64,000 bases of DNA from Chloroflexota bacterium (GTDB taxonomy: Bacteria; Chloroflexota; UBA11872), in the NCBI GenBank assembly GCA_026706485.1, contig JAPOYR010000010.1, positions 145,798 through 209,797 on the forward strand, in the 5' to 3' direction. The position numbers and the translations under genes are program-made. Below the pieces are notes generated by a model. The model saw nothing but the letters and a program-made list of their open reading frames with translations, ran no database searches and was not told the origin of the DNA. Positions 35,389 through 45,747 of the stretch are shown here, in pieces. How positions within the stretch are numbered: the first letter of the stretch is position 1; each line of letters starts with the position of its first letter.

Positions 35389-36231
35389 CTAGAAGTCCAG
35401 CCCGATATCGATGGCGCGGGCCGAGTGCGTGAGCGCTCCGACCGAGATGTCGTGGACGCCAGTCTCGGCATATTCCCGCACGTTCGACAGGGTCACCCCG
35501 CCCGTGACCTCCAAGCGCACGTCGCCGGCCACACGCCCCACGGCGCGCTCAACCTCGGCCACCGGCATGTTGTCGAACAGCAGGGCATGCGCGCCCGCGG
35601 AAACGGCCGCCGCCGCCTCGTCGCAAGTTTCGACCTCGACCTGGATCGCCATGCCGGCCGGAGCTCCACGCCGAGCGCGCGCGATGGCCCGGGCCACATC
35701 TCCCGCGGCCGCAATGTGGTTGTCCTTGATCAAGATCGCGTCGTAGAGCCCGGCGCGATGATTGGCGCCGCCGCCCACGCGTACGGCGTATTTCTCCAAG
35801 GCCCGCAGCGTCGGGGTGGTCTTTCGCGTATCGAGGATGCGCACCCCGGTCCCTTGCACGGCATCCACAAAGGCCCGCGTCAGGGTGGCGACGCCGCTGA
35901 GGCGTTGCAGGAAGTTGAGCGCGACGCGCTCGCCCGTGAGCATGGCCTGGGTTCGAGCGCGCACCACGGCCGCAGTTTCGCCGGCCGCGATCCGCGTCCC
36001 GTCGGCCGCCACGGCCTCCACCTCGGCCGCGTCGTCCAGCTGAGCAAATACCTCGCGCGCCACGTCCAATCCCGCCACGATGCCGAGTTCGCGGAACACG
36101 ATTGGCGCCTTCACGGCGCCATGCGCATCGACCACGGCGTTGGTCGTCACGTCACCCGTGCCGATGTCCTCGGCCAACGCGCGGCGAACGGTCGCTTGAA
36201 CCGTTTCGGCTGACAATTCAGGCGGCGGCAT
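35389..36231 (-). CDS. nadC: nicotinate-nucleotide pyrophosphorylase (carboxylating)
   Basis: QPRTase N- and C-terminal domain pattern (LDTRKTTP, ILIKDNH). 280 aa. Confidence 0.85.
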   Translation of the reverse strand: MPPPELSAETVQATVRRALAEDIGTGDVTTNAVVDAHGAVKAPIVFRELGIVAGLDVAREVFAQLDDAAEVEAVAADGTRIAAGETAAVVRARTQAMLTGERVALNFLQRLSGVATLTRAFVDAVQGTGVRILDTRKTTPTLRALEKYAVRVGGGANHRAGLYDAILIKDNHIAAAGDVARAIARARRGAPAGMAIQVEVETCDEAAAAVSAGAHALLFDNMPVAEVERAVGRVAGDVRLEVTGGVTLSNVREYAETGVHDISVGALTHSARAIDIGLDF

Positions 36232-36380
36232 CGGTGGCTGGGCGATCGAGTGGCCGGCGAACGAGCAATCCTAGCCGGATCCGCGGGCCGTCCGTCGCGA
36301 ACGTGAGAAAGCCCGCGATTCCCGCCAATCGTCGGTGCTAGCCTCGACCGAAGATTCCCGGAGCGCCTGAGGGAAGGGTC

Positions 36381-37691
36381 ATGAATCTCCGGCGATTTGT
36401 CCTGACGCTTGCAATCGCCGCCGGCCTCGCGCTGACCGTCGCCGCGTGCGACGGCGATAGCCTGGCGCCCGAAATCTCAACTGGCGGCCCCACGGCGAGC
36501 CTTGTCGCGACCACGGCGACCGCAAGCCTTCCCGCGCCGACGGCGGGGGTGGCAATCCCCAGCCCGACGGCGACTGCCCCGGCGGTGTCCAACACGCCAA
36601 CCGCCGCCGGCCAGGCACCGACGGCGACGTCGACGCCGGAGGCGGCTGATTTCACTCTCGCCGGCGAAGACCTGCGACGTGCCGTGACGATTCCGGACCT
36701 CGTCGATCTCGCGCGCCCGTCGGTCGTCCATATCGCGACCGAGGTCGCCACGAGCGATACCAGTGGACCGGCCAGGCCCGGCGGCGGCGTTGGCACCGGG
36801 TTCATCATCAGCGCCGACGGCTATATCGTCACCAACAACCACGTGGTGGCGGGCGCCGATCGCGTCGTGGTGACGTTCCCGCCTCCCGAAGCCGCAGCGA
36901 CTGACGCAAGCGAAACGAATGGTACGCCAGGCGCGAATCGCCGCCACCTCGACCATGCAGCGGATGCGGAAATCGTCGGACGCGATCCGCAGACGGACCT
37001 GGCCGTGCTTCGCGTCGACGTGGAAGGGCTCACGCCGCTGGCGCTGGGCACCTCGGCGGATCTGCGAATCGGTGAAGTCGTGGTTGCCATTGGCCACGCA
37101 CTGGACCTTCCCGGCGGACCCACCGTCACAGCTGGGGTCGTCAGTGCCATTGGACGGGTGCTCACCAACATCGGACCGCAACGCCTCACCCTCAGCGATC
37201 TCATCCAGACCGACGCCTCGATCAATCCAGGCAACAGCGGCGGGCCGCTGCTGAATCTCTACGGCGAGGTCGTCGGCGTGAATTCGGCGGGCGCGGGCGC
37301 CGCCGAGGGAATCGGATTCGCCATCGCTATCGACAACGCCAAGCTGGTGATCGACACCTTGATCGAGGACGGCGTGGTCACGCGGGGCTTCATGGGCATT
37401 CGGTCAGCCACCATTACGCCCGCCATTGCGCGACAGTTCGACCTGCCGGTCAACCATGGCTTGTACATCCAGGCCATCACCGTGGGCTCTGGCGCGGACC
37501 AATCCGACCTGGAGCCCGGCGACATCATCGTCGGCATCAACGATGAATCCGTCGGCGACATCGGCGAACTGGGTCGAATTCTGGCAAAGTACGGACCTGG
37601 CAGTACCGTGACGGTCTGGTACCTGAGGACGGACGCGGGAGACGATCCCCAACGAACCGAAGTCACGCTGGGCGAGCGGCCCGATCGCTAA
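36381..37691 (+). CDS. HtrA/DegP-family trypsin-like serine protease with C-terminal PDZ domain, lipoprotein signal
   Basis: Lipobox LTVAAC, catalytic triad context (TNNHVV, DLAVLRVD, GNSGGPL) and a PDZ domain at the C-terminus. 436 aa. Confidence 0.85.
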   Translation: MNLRRFVLTLAIAAGLALTVAACDGDSLAPEISTGGPTASLVATTATASLPAPTAGVAIPSPTATAPAVSNTPTAAGQAPTATSTPEAADFTLAGEDLRRAVTIPDLVDLARPSVVHIATEVATSDTSGPARPGGGVGTGFIISADGYIVTNNHVVAGADRVVVTFPPPEAAATDASETNGTPGANRRHLDHAADAEIVGRDPQTDLAVLRVDVEGLTPLALGTSADLRIGEVVVAIGHALDLPGGPTVTAGVVSAIGRVLTNIGPQRLTLSDLIQTDASINPGNSGGPLLNLYGEVVGVNSAGAGAAEGIGFAIAIDNAKLVIDTLIEDGVVTRGFMGIRSATITPAIARQFDLPVNHGLYIQAITVGSGADQSDLEPGDIIVGINDESVGDIGELGRILAKYGPGSTVTVWYLRTDAGDDPQRTEVTLGERPDR

Positions 37692-37742
37692 ACGCCGCCG
37701 ATAGCCGAACAGGTCGTCCTCGGCAGGCGTCTATTCCGCGGC

Positions 37743-39113
37743 TTGCACCTGCCAATGGCTGACGATCTATTCCAACACGCCTCGCGCGAGGCCATCGAGG
37801 CCGAAGCCCCGCTCGCGGCACGCATGCGGCCGCGCAGACTTGAGGAGATTGTCGGTCAGCGCCACCTGCTGGCGCCCGAGTCGTCGCTGCGTGCGTCGAT
37901 CGAGCGCGACGCCATATGGTCCGCCATCCTCTGGGGACCACCAGGGTCCGGCAAGACCACCCTGGCGCGGCTTGCGGCCTCGGCCACCCGCCGGCGCTTC
38001 GTCCAACTCAGCGCGGTTACCTCGGGCGTCCGGGACCTTCGCGACGCCGTCGTCGAGGCCCGCGAGCAGCGGGCCTTGCACCAGCGCCGCACCGTCGTGT
38101 TCATCGACGAGATCCACCGCTTCAACAAGGCCCAGCAGGATGCGCTGCTGCCCCACGTTGAAGACGGCACCATCGTCCTCTGGGGCGCGACCACAGAGAA
38201 TCCCTACACCAGCGTCAATGCGCCCCTGCTTTCGCGCGTTCGGGTGCTGCGACTGGAGCCGCTCTCACGCGACGACTTGCGCGCCATCGTGCAACGGGCC
38301 GTCGAGGACGACGATCGCGGTCTCGGGGAGTCCGGGCTCACTTTCGATCCGACGGCCGTCAATGCCATCGTCGCGGGCGCCGGCGGCGACGCGCGGACCG
38401 CGCTGAATTGGACCGAGGCCGCCGCCTTGCACGCCACGATGCTGGGCGAGGCCACCGTGGACGCCACAACCGTTCGCCAAGCCGTGCTGGAGCGGGGCGT
38501 CCGCTACGACCGCGCCGGCGACGACCACTACGACACGATCTCCGCCTTCATCAAGAGCGTCCGCGGATCCGATCCGGACGCCGCGATTCTCTGGCTCGCC
38601 AAGATGCTGCGAGCCGGCGAGGCGCCCGAGTTCATTGCGCGGCGACTGGTAATTCTGGCCTCGGAGGACATCGGCAACGCCGATCCGCACGGACTCCCGA
38701 TCGCAACCGCCGCCGCGGCCGCGGTTGAGCGCGTGGGATTGCCCGAAGGTCGCTACGCGCTGGCGCAGGCGACGATCTATCTCGCCTGCGCGCCCAAGAG
38801 CAACGCCGCCGGACGCGCCCTCGACGCCGCCGAGGACGCGATCGCCGCGGGCGCGGACCTCGAAGTCCCCGCGCACTTGCGCAACACGCCACCGCGGGGG
38901 CCGCACGAGGTGGACGCGAACTACCTATTTCCGCACGATTATCCGGGAAATTATGTCAAGCAGTCGTACGCGCCGCCCTCAATGCGGGAACATCGCTTCT
39001 ACGACGGCCGCGGCTCAGGTCGCGAGTCGGAGCTTTGGCGACGCCTACGAAACCGTCGCGACGACGACTCCGACGACGATCCGGACGAAAGCGTGCCGGA
39101 CCCGTCGCCCTAG
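37743..39113 (+). CDS. rarA: replication-associated recombination protein A (AAA+ ATPase, MgsA/WRNIP1 family)
   Basis: Walker [10 protein letters not shown], Walker [17 protein letters not shown], and the MgsA lid and tetramerisation C-domains. 456 aa. Confidence 0.85.
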   Translation: MHLPMADDLFQHASREAIEAEAPLAARMRPRRLEEIVGQRHLLAPESSLRASIERDAIWSAILWGPPGSGKTTLARLAASATRRRFVQLSAVTSGVRDLRDAVVEAREQRALHQRRTVVFIDEIHRFNKAQQDALLPHVEDGTIVLWGATTENPYTSVNAPLLSRVRVLRLEPLSRDDLRAIVQRAVEDDDRGLGESGLTFDPTAVNAIVAGAGGDARTALNWTEAAALHATMLGEATVDATTVRQAVLERGVRYDRAGDDHYDTISAFIKSVRGSDPDAAILWLAKMLRAGEAPEFIARRLVILASEDIGNADPHGLPIATAAAAAVERVGLPEGRYALAQATIYLACAPKSNAAGRALDAAEDAIAAGADLEVPAHLRNTPPRGPHEVDANYLFPHDYPGNYVKQSYAPPSMREHRFYDGRGSGRESELWRRLRNRRDDDSDDDPDESVPDPSP

Positions 39114-39122
39114 ACGCTGCCG

Positions 39123-41075
39123 CTACCCCGCAACGGCCGCCGGATCGTCAATCCGCCACACCTCGCCATGGATAGTGGCGACCAGCAGCACCTGACCACC
39201 GGCGGCATCACGCGCGACGGCCACCGACTCGATCGGGACACCGTCGAGCTCGGGAACGAGCGGGTACCACAGGCGTCCGCGGTCGGAAGACCGGAGCAAT
39301 CCGGCGCTCGTCCCCACGAATAGCGTGTTGTCGTCCGCAAAGTCGAGCGAGGCGACCACCGTGCGAATCGCCGTCTCCAGGCTGCTGGGATACAGCGCGT
39401 TCCAGTGACCGACCACGGTTCCGCTCGGCCGCAGCACGTACGGTCCGGTCGCCAGGCTGAAGAATTCTTCGCCGTCGGCGGGTTCGGCGTCTGGGATCGT
39501 GAGCGACGCCCAGTGGTAGGCGCCGTCCTGCTGCACATAGCGAGACCACGACGCGCCGCGATCCGTGGAGCGGTAGACGGCGACCACACCCTCGCCGGTC
39601 GTTGCGGCGAGGATCGTTCCGTTCTCGGCGAACCGCGGCGAGAACGCCACCTCCACCACCGCGGATCCGCGAAACCGCTCCGCGGAAGTCGTCCACGTTT
39701 GCCCGGCATCGTGGCTGATCAGTACGTAGCCTCCATAGCAGCCGAGCGCAATCAGCCCATCGTCGGCGAACGCGGGCGAAAACGCCGCCGCCATGACCGG
39801 ATACTCGGCCGACACGCTGTACATCAGTTCCCAGGTCTCGCCGGAATCGGACGTACCGATCAGAAAGTCCGCCGACAAGGCAAAGGCGACACCGTCTTCG
39901 GCGAACGCCGGTGAAAGCGCCAAACTGAGCACCGTAGGTTCGGGGAACCCCCTGGTCACCTCGGACCAATGCCGACCGCCGTCACGAGAAACCAGCACGC
40001 CCTCGCTGGCCGTTCCGGCCAGAATCACGCCGTCGCGGGCGAAGTCCGGCGACGGCTGCAGGGAAAGGATGGGCAGGCTCGTCAGGCCGTTGCTGCTCGC
40101 CGCCCACTTCTGGCCGCCGTTGGCGGAGCGAATCACGCCGGCGCCGTTGACCCCGGCGAGCACGACCCCGTCGCCCGCGCCGGCAAGGGCCAGGAGCGAC
40201 GCGCTCCGCGCTCCCCGTAGGCGCACGCGATTCCAGGTCGCGCCGTCGTCCTGCGAGCGCCAAAGCGTATTGCCGGCAACCGCAATCGCCGCCCCGTCGG
40301 CGCCCCCAACGACGGTGACGGCGTTGATGGGACGGTTCGACGGCACTTCGTCCACGGCGGACCACGTCGTGCCGTGATCCCGCGTCCGAAAGAGGCCGTA
40401 CGCTTCCGTGCCGGCAAGCGCCAGCCCGTCGTCGAGGAACGTGGGTGACATGGCAATGCCCAAGACCGTCGCGTCGCCGGGAAGGCCGACGCCAGCCGAC
40501 CAGGATCGCGCCTGGTCGACGCTGCGCATGATCCCAGCTTCGACCGCGCCCGCGAGCAGCACGTCGGCGGAGTGCGGCGCCACCGCCAGCGCCGTGATCT
40601 GCGCGTCGGCCAATTCGGGACCGTAGCCATTCCACGACCCACCACGGTTGTCGGAGATATAGACGCCGCGCCCGTCGGTTCCGGCGGCGATGGTCTCGTC
40701 GTCGGCGTAGAAGGGCGAAAACGCCAGGGCCGTCACCGTTGGGTGCTCGCCCCAGAACATCCGGCGCTCCCAGCGCTCGCCGCCGTCATACGTCATGTGC
40801 AGCCCGGAGTCAGTCGTTCCGGCGACCGCCGTCCGGTCGTTGGCGAAGTCCGGCGACACGGCCACGGCTTCGATGAACGGACTGCGCAACGCGCTCGTCG
40901 GGGCCCAGCTCAGACCGGCGTCGTCGGATCGAAAGACGCCGGTCAGCGTGCCGGCGAACACCGTGGTCGTGCCGTCCGCGCCCACGACGCTGGACAGCGA
41001 CGTGACCGTTCCGCCTTCCCGCGCCGAAAGGCGCTGGGCGGATGGCATGTGATCGGACTCAGTCATCGGCGGCAA
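39123..41075 (-). CDS. BNR/Asp-box repeat beta-propeller protein (Ycf48/sialidase-like fold), no obvious signal peptide
   Basis: 650 aa with more than 10 repeats of the S-x-D-x-G-x-T/S-W Asp-box (for example SDDAGLSW, TYDGGERW, SDNRGGSW, SQDDGATW, SRDGGRHW, SHDAGQTW, STDRGASW). Confidence 0.65.
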   Translation of the reverse strand: MPPMTESDHMPSAQRLSAREGGTVTSLSSVVGADGTTTVFAGTLTGVFRSDDAGLSWAPTSALRSPFIEAVAVSPDFANDRTAVAGTTDSGLHMTYDGGERWERRMFWGEHPTVTALAFSPFYADDETIAAGTDGRGVYISDNRGGSWNGYGPELADAQITALAVAPHSADVLLAGAVEAGIMRSVDQARSWSAGVGLPGDATVLGIAMSPTFLDDGLALAGTEAYGLFRTRDHGTTWSAVDEVPSNRPINAVTVVGGADGAAIAVAGNTLWRSQDDGATWNRVRLRGARSASLLALAGAGDGVVLAGVNGAGVIRSANGGQKWAASSNGLTSLPILSLQPSPDFARDGVILAGTASEGVLVSRDGGRHWSEVTRGFPEPTVLSLALSPAFAEDGVAFALSADFLIGTSDSGETWELMYSVSAEYPVMAAAFSPAFADDGLIALGCYGGYVLISHDAGQTWTTSAERFRGSAVVEVAFSPRFAENGTILAATTGEGVVAVYRSTDRGASWSRYVQQDGAYHWASLTIPDAEPADGEEFFSLATGPYVLRPSGTVVGHWNALYPSSLETAIRTVVASLDFADDNTLFVGTSAGLLRSSDRGRLWYPLVPELDGVPIESVAVARDAAGGQVLLVATIHGEVWRIDDPAAVAG

Positions 41076-41158
41076 ACCTTAGACGCTGACGGGTCACGGG
41101 CGTTCTCCTTGGACAAGGTCGTTGTTCGACGCACTACCGAAGCGGTAATCCTAACGAT

Positions 41159-42166
41159 CTACGCAAAGTATGGCGCGGCGTGCTCACGCAGCCAGTCCAG
41201 GCTGGCGACGATCCACGCTTCGGCGTCGTGCTCGGGTGGCGCGAGCACCTCCACGCAGTGCTGCAGATTGTCGGGGTCCGGGGCGCCCTTCTGCAGCACC
41301 TCGAGGATTTCGAGCACCGGCACGTCGCCTTCCCCGATGGGCGAGTTGAAGAACCTGGGCTCGCCGATCAGCGTGTAGGGCTGCACGCGCATGTCCTTGA
41401 TGTGCGTCATCACGGTGTAGGGCGCGGCCAGCCGCGCGGCGTCGAGCGGATCCTCAACGACGGAAATCGAGTTGGCGAAGTCGAAGTTGTGGCGCAGCCA
41501 GGGCGACGCGACGGCCTCCATCACCTGTACGTAGTCGGCGACACGGTAGTCCATGTGCGATTCGGTGGTCAGGACGATGCCTAGCTCTTCGGCAATGGGG
41601 ATGAGCGACGTCAGGTTGCGAATCATCGCGTCGATCTGCTGGGCCAGCGGCGGGTCGTCGATGAACCGGTGGCGCAACCCGGCCTCGCGGTGGACCACGT
41701 TGACGATGGTCGCCCCCGCGGCCGCGGAAAGCTCGATGGCCCGCACGCACCGCTGAAACTCGGTGCCACCAGTCCATCCATTTGCCGTCTCGGCCAGCCG
41801 GTAGGACGTCGCGTCGCGGGCGCCGCGCCGCGCGGCCATGTCCGTGGCGCCCCAGGCGTCGGCGTCGGCCGGGAGATCCGGAACGGCGATGCCGAAATAC
41901 TCGATTCCCGCGTCGCGCATGGTTTCGCCAATGCGGCGGGCGCCGGCCTCGTCGCCGAACCAGCCGGGGTCCATGTAGAGCGCCGTAAGCCCGTGCACGC
42001 ACGCCCGCTCGATCATCCAGGTGGGCAAATCACCTGCCGTCTCCGGCGGGTCCAGCGACTCGAAATAGGGCAAACGGCCAGTCGAGTACCGGTAGGTCGC
42101 GCTGTCGGTTCGCAGCCAGGGATACGCCACCCAGCGATAGCTTGCTTGGGAGAGTCCGAGCTTCAT
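41159..42166 (-). CDS. sugar phosphate isomerase/epimerase (xylose-isomerase-like TIM barrel), paralog 1
   Basis: MKLGLSQASYRW N-terminus, HMDYR and LDVFHxxD-like metal-binding pattern shared with the three paralogs below. 335 aa. Confidence 0.7.
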   Translation of the reverse strand: MKLGLSQASYRWVAYPWLRTDSATYRYSTGRLPYFESLDPPETAGDLPTWMIERACVHGLTALYMDPGWFGDEAGARRIGETMRDAGIEYFGIAVPDLPADADAWGATDMAARRGARDATSYRLAETANGWTGGTEFQRCVRAIELSAAAGATIVNVVHREAGLRHRFIDDPPLAQQIDAMIRNLTSLIPIAEELGIVLTTESHMDYRVADYVQVMEAVASPWLRHNFDFANSISVVEDPLDAARLAAPYTVMTHIKDMRVQPYTLIGEPRFFNSPIGEGDVPVLEILEVLQKGAPDPDNLQHCVEVLAPPEHDAEAWIVASLDWLREHAAPYFA

Positions 42167-43095
42167 GTCGACTCGAACAAGTGCCCGCGCTCAGCGCGCA
42201 GCCACTCGATGCTGGCCCGCACCCACACGTCGGGATCGTGGTCCGGCGGCGGCGCAACCTCGACGCACACCGGCATGTTGTCCGGGTCCGCCGCCTCGGC
42301 TTGCACCAGGTCGAGAATCTCGAGAATCGGGACGTGACCGCGTCCCAGTGGGGCCCAGGACACCTGCGCCTCACCGGTGCCGGTGGCCGGCTGGATGCGC
42401 ATGTCCTTGAGGTGCATGTTCACGGCGTACTTGGCCGCCAGCCGCGCGCCGTCCATCGGGTCCTCGATCACGGCGATGGGGTTGGCCGTATCGAGATTGA
42501 TTCGCAGCCACGGCGAGTCGATGGCCTCGACCACCTGCACGACCTCGGACAGGCGATAGTCGATGTGGTTTTCCCAGGCCAGCACCACGCCGTACTCGGC
42601 GCAAACCGGCAGCAGCGATCGGAAGTTGGCTTCCGCCCGCTCCAGTTGGACCTCGATCGGCGGGTCCTTGGTGAAGTGGTTGTGCCGCACCGCCTGGTTG
42701 TGCACCGCCGCCGCCACCGTGGCGCCGCCCCAGGCACTGCGCCAGATTTGCTGGATGGTGGAGTGATACTCCCCGCCCTCCCACTCTTCGGCGCTGGCGG
42801 CGACGTTGAAGGCCGCGTTGCCCACGAACATCACCCCGGCGGACTCTGCGCGTTCGCGAAAGGCCTGCGCCGCCGCGCGCCCGGCAAACGTTCGCGACGC
42901 CACATACAGCGACTCCACGCCCAGGGACTCCACTCGATCCAGGAGCCAGTTCTCGATGGGCTCGTCCGGGTCCGGCGGGTCCAGCGTTTGCAGGTAAGGC
43001 AGCCGCCACTCGTCCTGGAGGAAGATCGGGCGGTCACGGCGCATGTCCGGATAGGCCATCCACCGATAGCACGCCTGCGAGATGCCGAGCTTCAT
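42163..43095 (-). CDS. sugar phosphate isomerase/epimerase (xylose-isomerase-like TIM barrel), paralog 2
   Basis: MKLGISQACYRW N-terminus, ~40% identical to paralog 1 by eye. The stop overlaps the downstream start by 4 bp. Confidence 0.7.
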   Translation of the reverse strand: MKLGISQACYRWMAYPDMRRDRPIFLQDEWRLPYLQTLDPPDPDEPIENWLLDRVESLGVESLYVASRTFAGRAAAQAFRERAESAGVMFVGNAAFNVAASAEEWEGGEYHSTIQQIWRSAWGGATVAAAVHNQAVRHNHFTKDPPIEVQLERAEANFRSLLPVCAEYGVVLAWENHIDYRLSEVVQVVEAIDSPWLRINLDTANPIAVIEDPMDGARLAAKYAVNMHLKDMRIQPATGTGEAQVSWAPLGRGHVPILEILDLVQAEAADPDNMPVCVEVAPPPDHDPDVWVRASIEWLRAERGHLFEST

Positions 43096-43105
43096 GGGCG
43101 ACTCG

Positions 43106-44077
43106 TCACGAGGTTTCGCGCAGCGCGCGCCACACGAGCTCCTGGGTGTCGAGGATGTCGTTGCGGCCCATCGCGTCGGCCAACGCCTCGGCGTCGATCG
43201 CGTCGAGCACGCGCAACAGGTAGTTGGTGTTGGACACGAACTGCTGGGCGCTGCGGATGGGCTCCTCGCGCGTCCAGACCACGTCCATGCCCAGGTAGTA
43301 CGGATAGTCGGCCTCGCGCAGCCAGTGCAGCATCTCCAGCGACTCCCACAGGTGGCTGCTGGCGAAGATGGTCGACAGGTCCTGCGGCAGCTGCGTGTCG
43401 TTGAGGTGCACGTGATAGAGCAAGCCGCGTCGGGCAGCCTCCCAGGCCGCTTGCGCCGCGTTCTCGCCGCTCATGAAGGTGTGGCTTACCTCCAGCTGCG
43501 CGCCGAGGTTGGGGAGGTTCAGCTCGCCGATGATCTCCAGGGTCTTGCTCATCGAGCCCACCGTCGCCCAGCCGCGCGGCAGGTAGGGCCGAAACTCGAG
43601 CGCCACCTTCAGGTCGCCGGCGGCCTCGCAGATCTCGCGCAGGGCGTCCAGCGTGCGCTCGCGCGCCGCGCGAAAGTCTTGCTGAAACGGGTAGTCGGCC
43701 CCGTCCATGGGCGTGAACACATAGACGCCCAGGCCGTCGAGCGCGCGCGCCACCTCGACGGCGTGCAGGCACATGTCGATGGCCTCGCGCCGCTCGGCCG
43801 CATCCGGTGAGGTATAGGCGGCCCAGGGGAACGAGCCGCGAATGTAGGGCTCGCCGTGGTGAATCATGGAGCATTGCAGCCCGCGGTCGTCGAGCCGCTG
43901 CTTCACCTGGTGCGCGTTGTCCAGCGTGACGCAGGTGCCGCTGAAGAACTCGATGCCCGCCAGGTCGGGAATCCGGTCGACGGCGCGGAAGGCCTCGTCG
44001 ATCTGGTCCACCGATGGACCGTCGACCATCCCCAGATGGTGATACAGACCCACGGAGTATCGCGGCGCCCAGTCCAT
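43106..44077 (-). CDS. sugar phosphate isomerase/epimerase (xylose-isomerase-like TIM barrel, more divergent)
   Basis: 323-aa ORF from ATG 44077, with GGAG 8 nt upstream. The longer ORF-track call to 45091 runs antisense through the enolase-family gene and is rejected. Confidence 0.65.
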   Translation of the reverse strand: MDWAPRYSVGLYHHLGMVDGPSVDQIDEAFRAVDRIPDLAGIEFFSGTCVTLDNAHQVKQRLDDRGLQCSMIHHGEPYIRGSFPWAAYTSPDAAERREAIDMCLHAVEVARALDGLGVYVFTPMDGADYPFQQDFRAARERTLDALREICEAAGDLKVALEFRPYLPRGWATVGSMSKTLEIIGELNLPNLGAQLEVSHTFMSGENAAQAAWEAARRGLLYHVHLNDTQLPQDLSTIFASSHLWESLEMLHWLREADYPYYLGMDVVWTREEPIRSAQQFVSNTNYLLRVLDAIDAEALADAMGRNDILDTQELVWRALRETS

Positions 44078-44088
44078 ATCCGCTGCTC

Positions 44089-45249
44089 CTAGTAGTAGCC
44101 GAAGCCGCCGTCGGCCTTCGCCGGCACGGGGCGCCGCCACGATTGGTAGGGGTGCTGCTCCACGAGTGCCTCGTTGAGCGTCACGCCCCAGCCCGGACCC
44201 TGCGGCAGTTTGACATAGCCGTCCTCGATCTCGATGCCGCCGTGCAGAAAGCTGTGGCGCAGCGCGCTTGCCTGGGCTCGCGGCCCCACGGTCTGCGGCG
44301 ACTCCATGATGAGGAAATTGGGCGTCGCCGCGCCGAAATGCGCCGTGGCCACGGACGATAGCCCGCCAAACGGATTGTGCGGCGCCAGCGACAGCATGTG
44401 CGCCTCGGCCAGCGCCGCGATCTTGCGAATCTCGGTCATGCCGCCGCAAAGCAGGATGTCGGGCTGCAGCAGGTCGGCGCCCTGCGCCTCGATCAGCGCC
44501 TGGAACTCGTGCTTGCCGTACAGGCTTTCGCCGGTCGCCACGGGCAGATTCATCGCCCGCCGCGCCTCGGCCATCACCGTGTGGCTGCCGGGCCGGATCG
44601 GCTCCTCGATGAACATCGGCCGGAAGGGCTCGATGGCCCGGGCCAACTCGGCAGCCTTCGCCGGCTCCTCCAGTTTGGCGTGGAAGTCGACGCCGATTTC
44701 CGCGGAATCGCCGACCGCCGCGCGCACGGCCTCCACGCGCTCCGTCACCAGCCGGATGGCCTGTTGCCAGGGCAGGCGGTCGTCCTCCGGCGAATAGGGG
44801 AAGAGCTTGAACGCCGTGAATCCGTGGTCGCTCGCCATGGCCTTGGCTTCCTCGGCCATGTCCGCCGGATCGCCGGTCACTACGTCGAAGTAGACCCACA
44901 CGCGGTCGCGGTAGGGGCCGCCGAGCAGCTGATAGACCGGCTGATCGGCCAGCTTGCCCGCCAGGTCCCACAGCGCCAGGTCGATGCCGCTGATGGCCGC
45001 CCAGCCCACCGCGCCCGCCGGAAAGCGCAACCCGCGGTAGCAGAGGTGCCAGAGTCGCTCGCGGCGCGTGGCGTCCTGCCCCACCAGCCACTCGCCGAGA
45101 TAGCGCACCGTCTCGGCCACCGCGAGGTCCGGACCGGCGGCGTACGCCTCACCGAGGCCCACCAACCCCGACTCCGTCGTGATCGTGACGTAGTTCGCGT
45201 TGTGGTGCGTGTCCGAGGCCGTGCGCACCTCGACACTTTGGATGCGCAC
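44089..45249 (-). CDS. enolase-superfamily dehydratase (mandelate racemase/muconate lactonizing enzyme family; sugar-acid dehydratase-like)
   Basis: MR/MLE N-terminal capping domain plus barrel metal ligands (D...E...D pattern around VDFHAKLE / IEEP). 386 aa. Confidence 0.8.
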   Translation of the reverse strand: MRIQSVEVRTASDTHHNANYVTITTESGLVGLGEAYAAGPDLAVAETVRYLGEWLVGQDATRRERLWHLCYRGLRFPAGAVGWAAISGIDLALWDLAGKLADQPVYQLLGGPYRDRVWVYFDVVTGDPADMAEEAKAMASDHGFTAFKLFPYSPEDDRLPWQQAIRLVTERVEAVRAAVGDSAEIGVDFHAKLEEPAKAAELARAIEPFRPMFIEEPIRPGSHTVMAEARRAMNLPVATGESLYGKHEFQALIEAQGADLLQPDILLCGGMTEIRKIAALAEAHMLSLAPHNPFGGLSSVATAHFGAATPNFLIMESPQTVGPRAQASALRHSFLHGGIEIEDGYVKLPQGPGWGVTLNEALVEQHPYQSWRRPVPAKADGGFGYY

Positions 45250-45502
45250 CTAGTCCCGCCTCACAAACTCCACAACGCGCGCGAGCCTAGTCTGTGCGCT
45301 TTGGGCCGTCCAGCCAGACGGCCCCGCAATGGGCGCGCCGGATGCACATCGGCGCTGTCCATTCACTCCCTCGTGATCAGGGAACGGTCACCTGCATACA
45401 TGGAACGTTTTCGAAACGTCGCGCGTAGTATCTAGCGGAACACTTGGTGTCCGACGCCATAACCACACGGGAAACGGCCTCCTGAGTCACCATCGCCCGA
45501 CG

Positions 45503-45577
45503 TTGAACTCGACCGCTGTTCTAGTGGCTGTGATGGTGATCGCGATGAGCCTGGCGAGTTGCGGGCCCGATGAACCT
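45503..45577 (+). other. lipoprotein signal peptide coding segment (MNSTAVLVAVMVIAMSLASCGPDEP), out of frame with the downstream beta-propeller body
   Basis: Canonical n-h-c regions and lipobox LASC. The frame continues into implausible low-complexity sequence, while the beta-propeller frame opens at 45574. Confidence 0.5.
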
Positions 45578-45747
45578 GCCGCAGGAGGCCACCCGCGCCT
45601 GCGGCCTCGCCTGGGGAACGAGCCCTCTCTCTTGCGGCTACCCAGTCGCCGCCGGCCTCAGCGCTGCCAGCAAGAAAAAGGCCCCAGATCGTTCATCGGT
45701 CCGGAGCCCACGTCCACATCCAAACGCCTTGCTTTGGTGGCATCTCG

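Noticed and set aside
44078-45091. Upstream 338-aa portion of the 661-aa minus-strand ORF 43106..45091
   Set aside because: It runs in another frame through the enolase-superfamily gene (44089..45249 -). The isomerase homology begins only at Met 44077, which has its own SD.
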